The translations under genes and the position numbers were made by a program. Below the pieces are notes generated by a model that saw nothing but the letters and a program-made list of their open reading frames with translations, was not told the origin of the DNA and did not search any database. Source: Octopus sinensis (lineage: Eukaryota). From it: DNA of 64,000 nucleotides. This document shows, piece by piece, positions 63,230-64,000 of this stretch. The stretch's first letter is position 1. Each line of letters starts with the position of its first letter. The DNA lies in contig NC_043002.1 in NCBI RefSeq assembly GCF_006345805.1, positions 22,196,001 through 22,260,000 on the forward strand, read 5' to 3'.

Positions 63230-63960
63230 ACTCTTCCTCTTTCTCTTTCTATCTCACTCTCTCTCTGTGGTTCTCTCTCATTCTTTTTCTCTTCTCTTCG
63301 CTCTCTCTTTCTATTTTCATATTTGCTCTCACTCTTTCTTCTCACTCTCTTCGCTCTCTCTCTCTCACTCCTTATAACCCCCGCCCCTTATTATTTTCTG
63401 CTCACTATCACTCCATTTCTCTACTACACTCCACTTTCTCTTTCTCATCTCTCTTCTCCCCTTCCTCTTTCTCTCTCTTCCTCTTTCTCTCTCTTCCTCT
63501 TTCTCTCTCTCTTCCTCTTTCTCTCTCTCTTCCTCTTTCTCTCTCTCTCTTCCTCTCTCTCTCTCTCTCCTCTCTCTTCCTCGTTCTTTCTTCTCTGTCT
63601 TTCTATCTCTGGATCATTCGCGCAGTCACAAACATACACACACATACACACTCCTTTTCTCCCCTTCCTCTTACCAATCCCCCACTGCAATACTATATAC
63701 CTCTCCTTTTCGCTAACTCCCATTTCCAAGCTTCAACTTCACCTCACCCTTATCTTTCTCACATTCACACACTAACTCATTCTCTGCCCCTCCTCTCATT
63801 TCACACATACTCTGTCTCCCTCTTTCTCCCCCTCTTCTTTCTTTCACTTTCATATTATCTCAATCCCCTTGTCACTTGCACACACACACACATAACTCTC
63901 CCTACACACACAGACACACACACACTCCTTTTTGCTGCCTCAACCCCGCCCCCCTATTCC
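63230..63960. repeat. (CT)-rich polypyrimidine low-complexity tract
   Basis: Direct inspection. Confidence 0.8.
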
Positions 63961-64000
63961 TTACACTATAGGATCTGCGTCACGGGGAGAACCACAGTGT

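Overview
Repeat-saturated, AT-rich animal genomic DNA, most likely an octopod cephalopod (Octopus sp.). That assignment is from memory of the dominant SINE families and the extreme microsatellite load; it was not searched. No host protein-coding gene can be supported. Almost all long ORFs in the track are translated microsatellites, and every recognisable protein remnant is transposon-derived. Those remnants are Tc1/mariner (mariner, DD37D/maT-like x3, DD41D-like), a Helitron PIF1 helicase, an RTE LINE, R4/Dong-like RLE non-LTR elements and a Penelope-like GIY-YIG. Three tRNA-derived SINE families occur in many copies, along with several MITEs, a TRIM-like LTR element, a ~865 bp tandem triplication and a 100-N gap. 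The most interesting signal is a set of Penelope-type hammerhead ribozyme motifs in at least four unrelated short elements with inverted or direct terminal duplications. One has a fully intact catalytic core (3962-4051) inside a young 570 bp element with ~105 bp terminal inverted repeats. Another sits in a tail associated with a tRNA-like head, suggesting a Penelope-mobilised SINE. Also notable are RLE retroelements ending in (CATA)n and a TSD-flanked dimeric SINE. All coordinates and alignments were read by eye, and boundaries of old elements are approximate.
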